Source: Eledone cirrhosa
Lineage: Eukaryota
DNA length: 64,000 nt
NCBI GenBank assembly: GCA_964016885.1
Contig: OZ024740.1
Coordinates: 261,888,001 to 261,952,000 of the forward strand
Reading direction: 5' to 3'
Shown here piece after piece: positions 61,504 through 64,000 of this stretch. Made by a program: the position numbers and the translations under genes. The notes under the pieces were generated by a model. That model worked only from the letters and a program-made list of their open reading frames with translations. It searched no databases and was not told the origin of the DNA. Within the stretch, counting starts at the first letter, position 1. Each line of letters starts with the position of its first letter.

Positions 61504-61739
61504 GTGTGTGGCAATCCGTAATATAGCAGAATAAAACTTTTATTGTTGTTATTATTTTCTTCAATGCATTGTCTGAAAAAGATTCGTGCTTAGATGATCG
61601 AAGATTTGAGATAAATTTGTAAAACCAATTGAAATTTATTTTTATCTCACACACTCTCATATGCAAATATATATATATATATATATATATACATGCATAC
61701 ATATATATATTTATATATATATGCATACATATATATATG

Positions 61740-61828
<89 letters not shown>

Positions 61829-62570
61829 GTGTGTGTGTGCGCGCGCGCGCGTGTGTGTGCGCGCGCGCGCGTGTGTGTGTGTATGTGAGTGTGTGTGCAC
61901 AGACATACACATGCATCATATAATGATGCTTATTGCTATATATTTTCAACAGAATTGTGTATTGTGTGTGTGTACATGAGTATAGGTGTGTATATGTTTG
62001 TATTTTTTCAATCGCTTTTTGATTCCTCACACTTCCTTTTCCCGTCCCATTTTTGACGCCTCTGGAAACATCATGAAATCTTGTCTGAGATATTACCTAG
62101 TTTATTAAATAACTATCCAATTTTTTTCCTTTAGGCTTCGCGTGCGTTCCGAAATTCTTTTCAAAGCGAACTGGCGTGTATCTCTTACTATTGTTGCATT
62201 AGCACGAGGTCATGTTGTGTTCACCGTAGGGACACCATTATGTTTCCATTATTTATCCACATCCACACAGGCACACACGTCCATACACTCGCACGCACAT
62301 TCACGCATACACACATACATACGTACACACAGGCACACACACACTAACATGCATACACTCTACTCTGCCGCTAAAGGCAGTGTATTCGAAGCGCATCAAT
62401 CTCTTGCGCTAAAGGCAATTTTGCACTTAGAATTCCTAAAATTTCATGTAGCAGCAATTCTTTTTTTTTTTCGAAATTTTTTCTCTTCCCGTTATTATTA
62501 TTATCATTAGTATCATCATCATCATAATCATCATTAACAATAACAAAAACATCATCACCATCACCACCAC

Positions 62571-62625
<55 letters not shown>

Positions 62626-62738
62626 GTCATTGTTATCATCCTCATCATCATGATCATCACACTTATTATTTTAACCGAAATAGATTTCAGTAAATCTAGA
62701 CAATCATGAAACAAAGTTCAATGGTCGTTAATTGTATT

Positions 62739-62807
<69 letters not shown>

Positions 62808-63192
62808 AAGAAAGAAAGAGGGAGAGAGAGTGAGATAGAGAAAGAGAGAGTAAGAGGGAGAGAGAGTGAGATAGAGAAAGAGAGAGAAGAGAGTGAGATA
62901 GATGAAAGTAGAAAGTAAAAAAATGTATGTTGTATGCCTATTCACATACACACATGTACGTTGATTGACTGTAAGTAAAACGTTGAAGTCTACCATCATA
63001 TGGTTGTCAATGCATCAATGTAAGTTCACTACGCAAGTAAAATGGCGGCTCTTATCTGTGATTAGCAAAAGCCGAAGAGAAATTAAAATTGATAATAGAA
63101 TTTTCGAATATAAAATTGCAGTCTACTAAACAAGAGAGATAAAATAATACTTAACACACAGCTATGTGCTTATATATATATATATATATATA

Positions 63193-63305
<113 letters not shown>

Positions 63306-63386
63306 TTATATATGAATTTATATATACACACATATAGGTATACCGAGCAACGATACACGAAATACACACAGACACATGCACACGCA

Positions 63387-63425
<39 letters not shown>

Positions 63426-63455
63426 GCACACACACGCACGCACACACACGCACAC

Positions 63456-63492
<37 letters not shown>

Positions 63493-64000
63493 AATATATA
63501 TATATATAACGCTATCTTTAAAAAAAAGATATTTAGAGAAAAAAGATATTAGTGAGTTGAAAATTGTCTTTGATGAATTAATACTGAAAAGATGATAAGC
63601 TTCAACGAAATTCTATCCTGATTCAGTTCTCGATAAGAAACGAGATTTGAAATATATCAAAAAAATACTCCCATCCAACCCCCTCCGAACAAAGCAAAAA
63701 ACTTTAAAAAAATGCGGAATCTCTTCTTGTATGTCATGTTATATTTGTTGTTGTTGTTGTTGCTATTATTATATTCAAAAATACACACACACACATACAT
63801 ACACACACACACAAACAATCAAAACAAAAAACTAAAAATAATCAGAAATATCTTCTTGTATTTCATGTTATATTGTCTGTTGTTGTTGTTGTTGTTGTTA
63901 TCATTACCATTATCATCATCATCTTCCCCACCATCATCATGATCCTCATCATCATCATCATCATCATCATGATCCTCATCATCCTCACCATCGTCATCAT

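Noticed and set aside
62120-62510. Possible exon or ORF 62142..62510
   Set aside because: No recognisable motif, and it runs into low-complexity sequence.

Overview
AT-rich, microsatellite-saturated animal DNA; the SINE families resemble those of octopod cephalopods (inference). I find no convincing host gene. Almost all coding signal comes from non-LTR retrotransposons: two RTE-clade copies, four R4/Dong-type restriction-like-endonuclease (RLE) families, three Tx1-clade copies (one near full length) and several Penelope-like elements (PLEs) with GIY-YIG endonuclease. Two patterns stand out. (1) Each retroelement family sits inside its own microsatellite class: (CATA)n, (TAA)n, (TC/TCTA)n, (ATT)n or (TA)n. 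(2) A dozen or more minimal type-I hammerhead ribozyme (HHR) motifs occur in short non-coding elements embedded in (TA)n; these are often arranged as fold-back palindromes or partial tandems and include a recurrent non-canonical CCGACGA core. Most ORFs in the supplied track are microsatellite artefacts. Boundaries were read by eye and are approximate; no database searches or folding were run.
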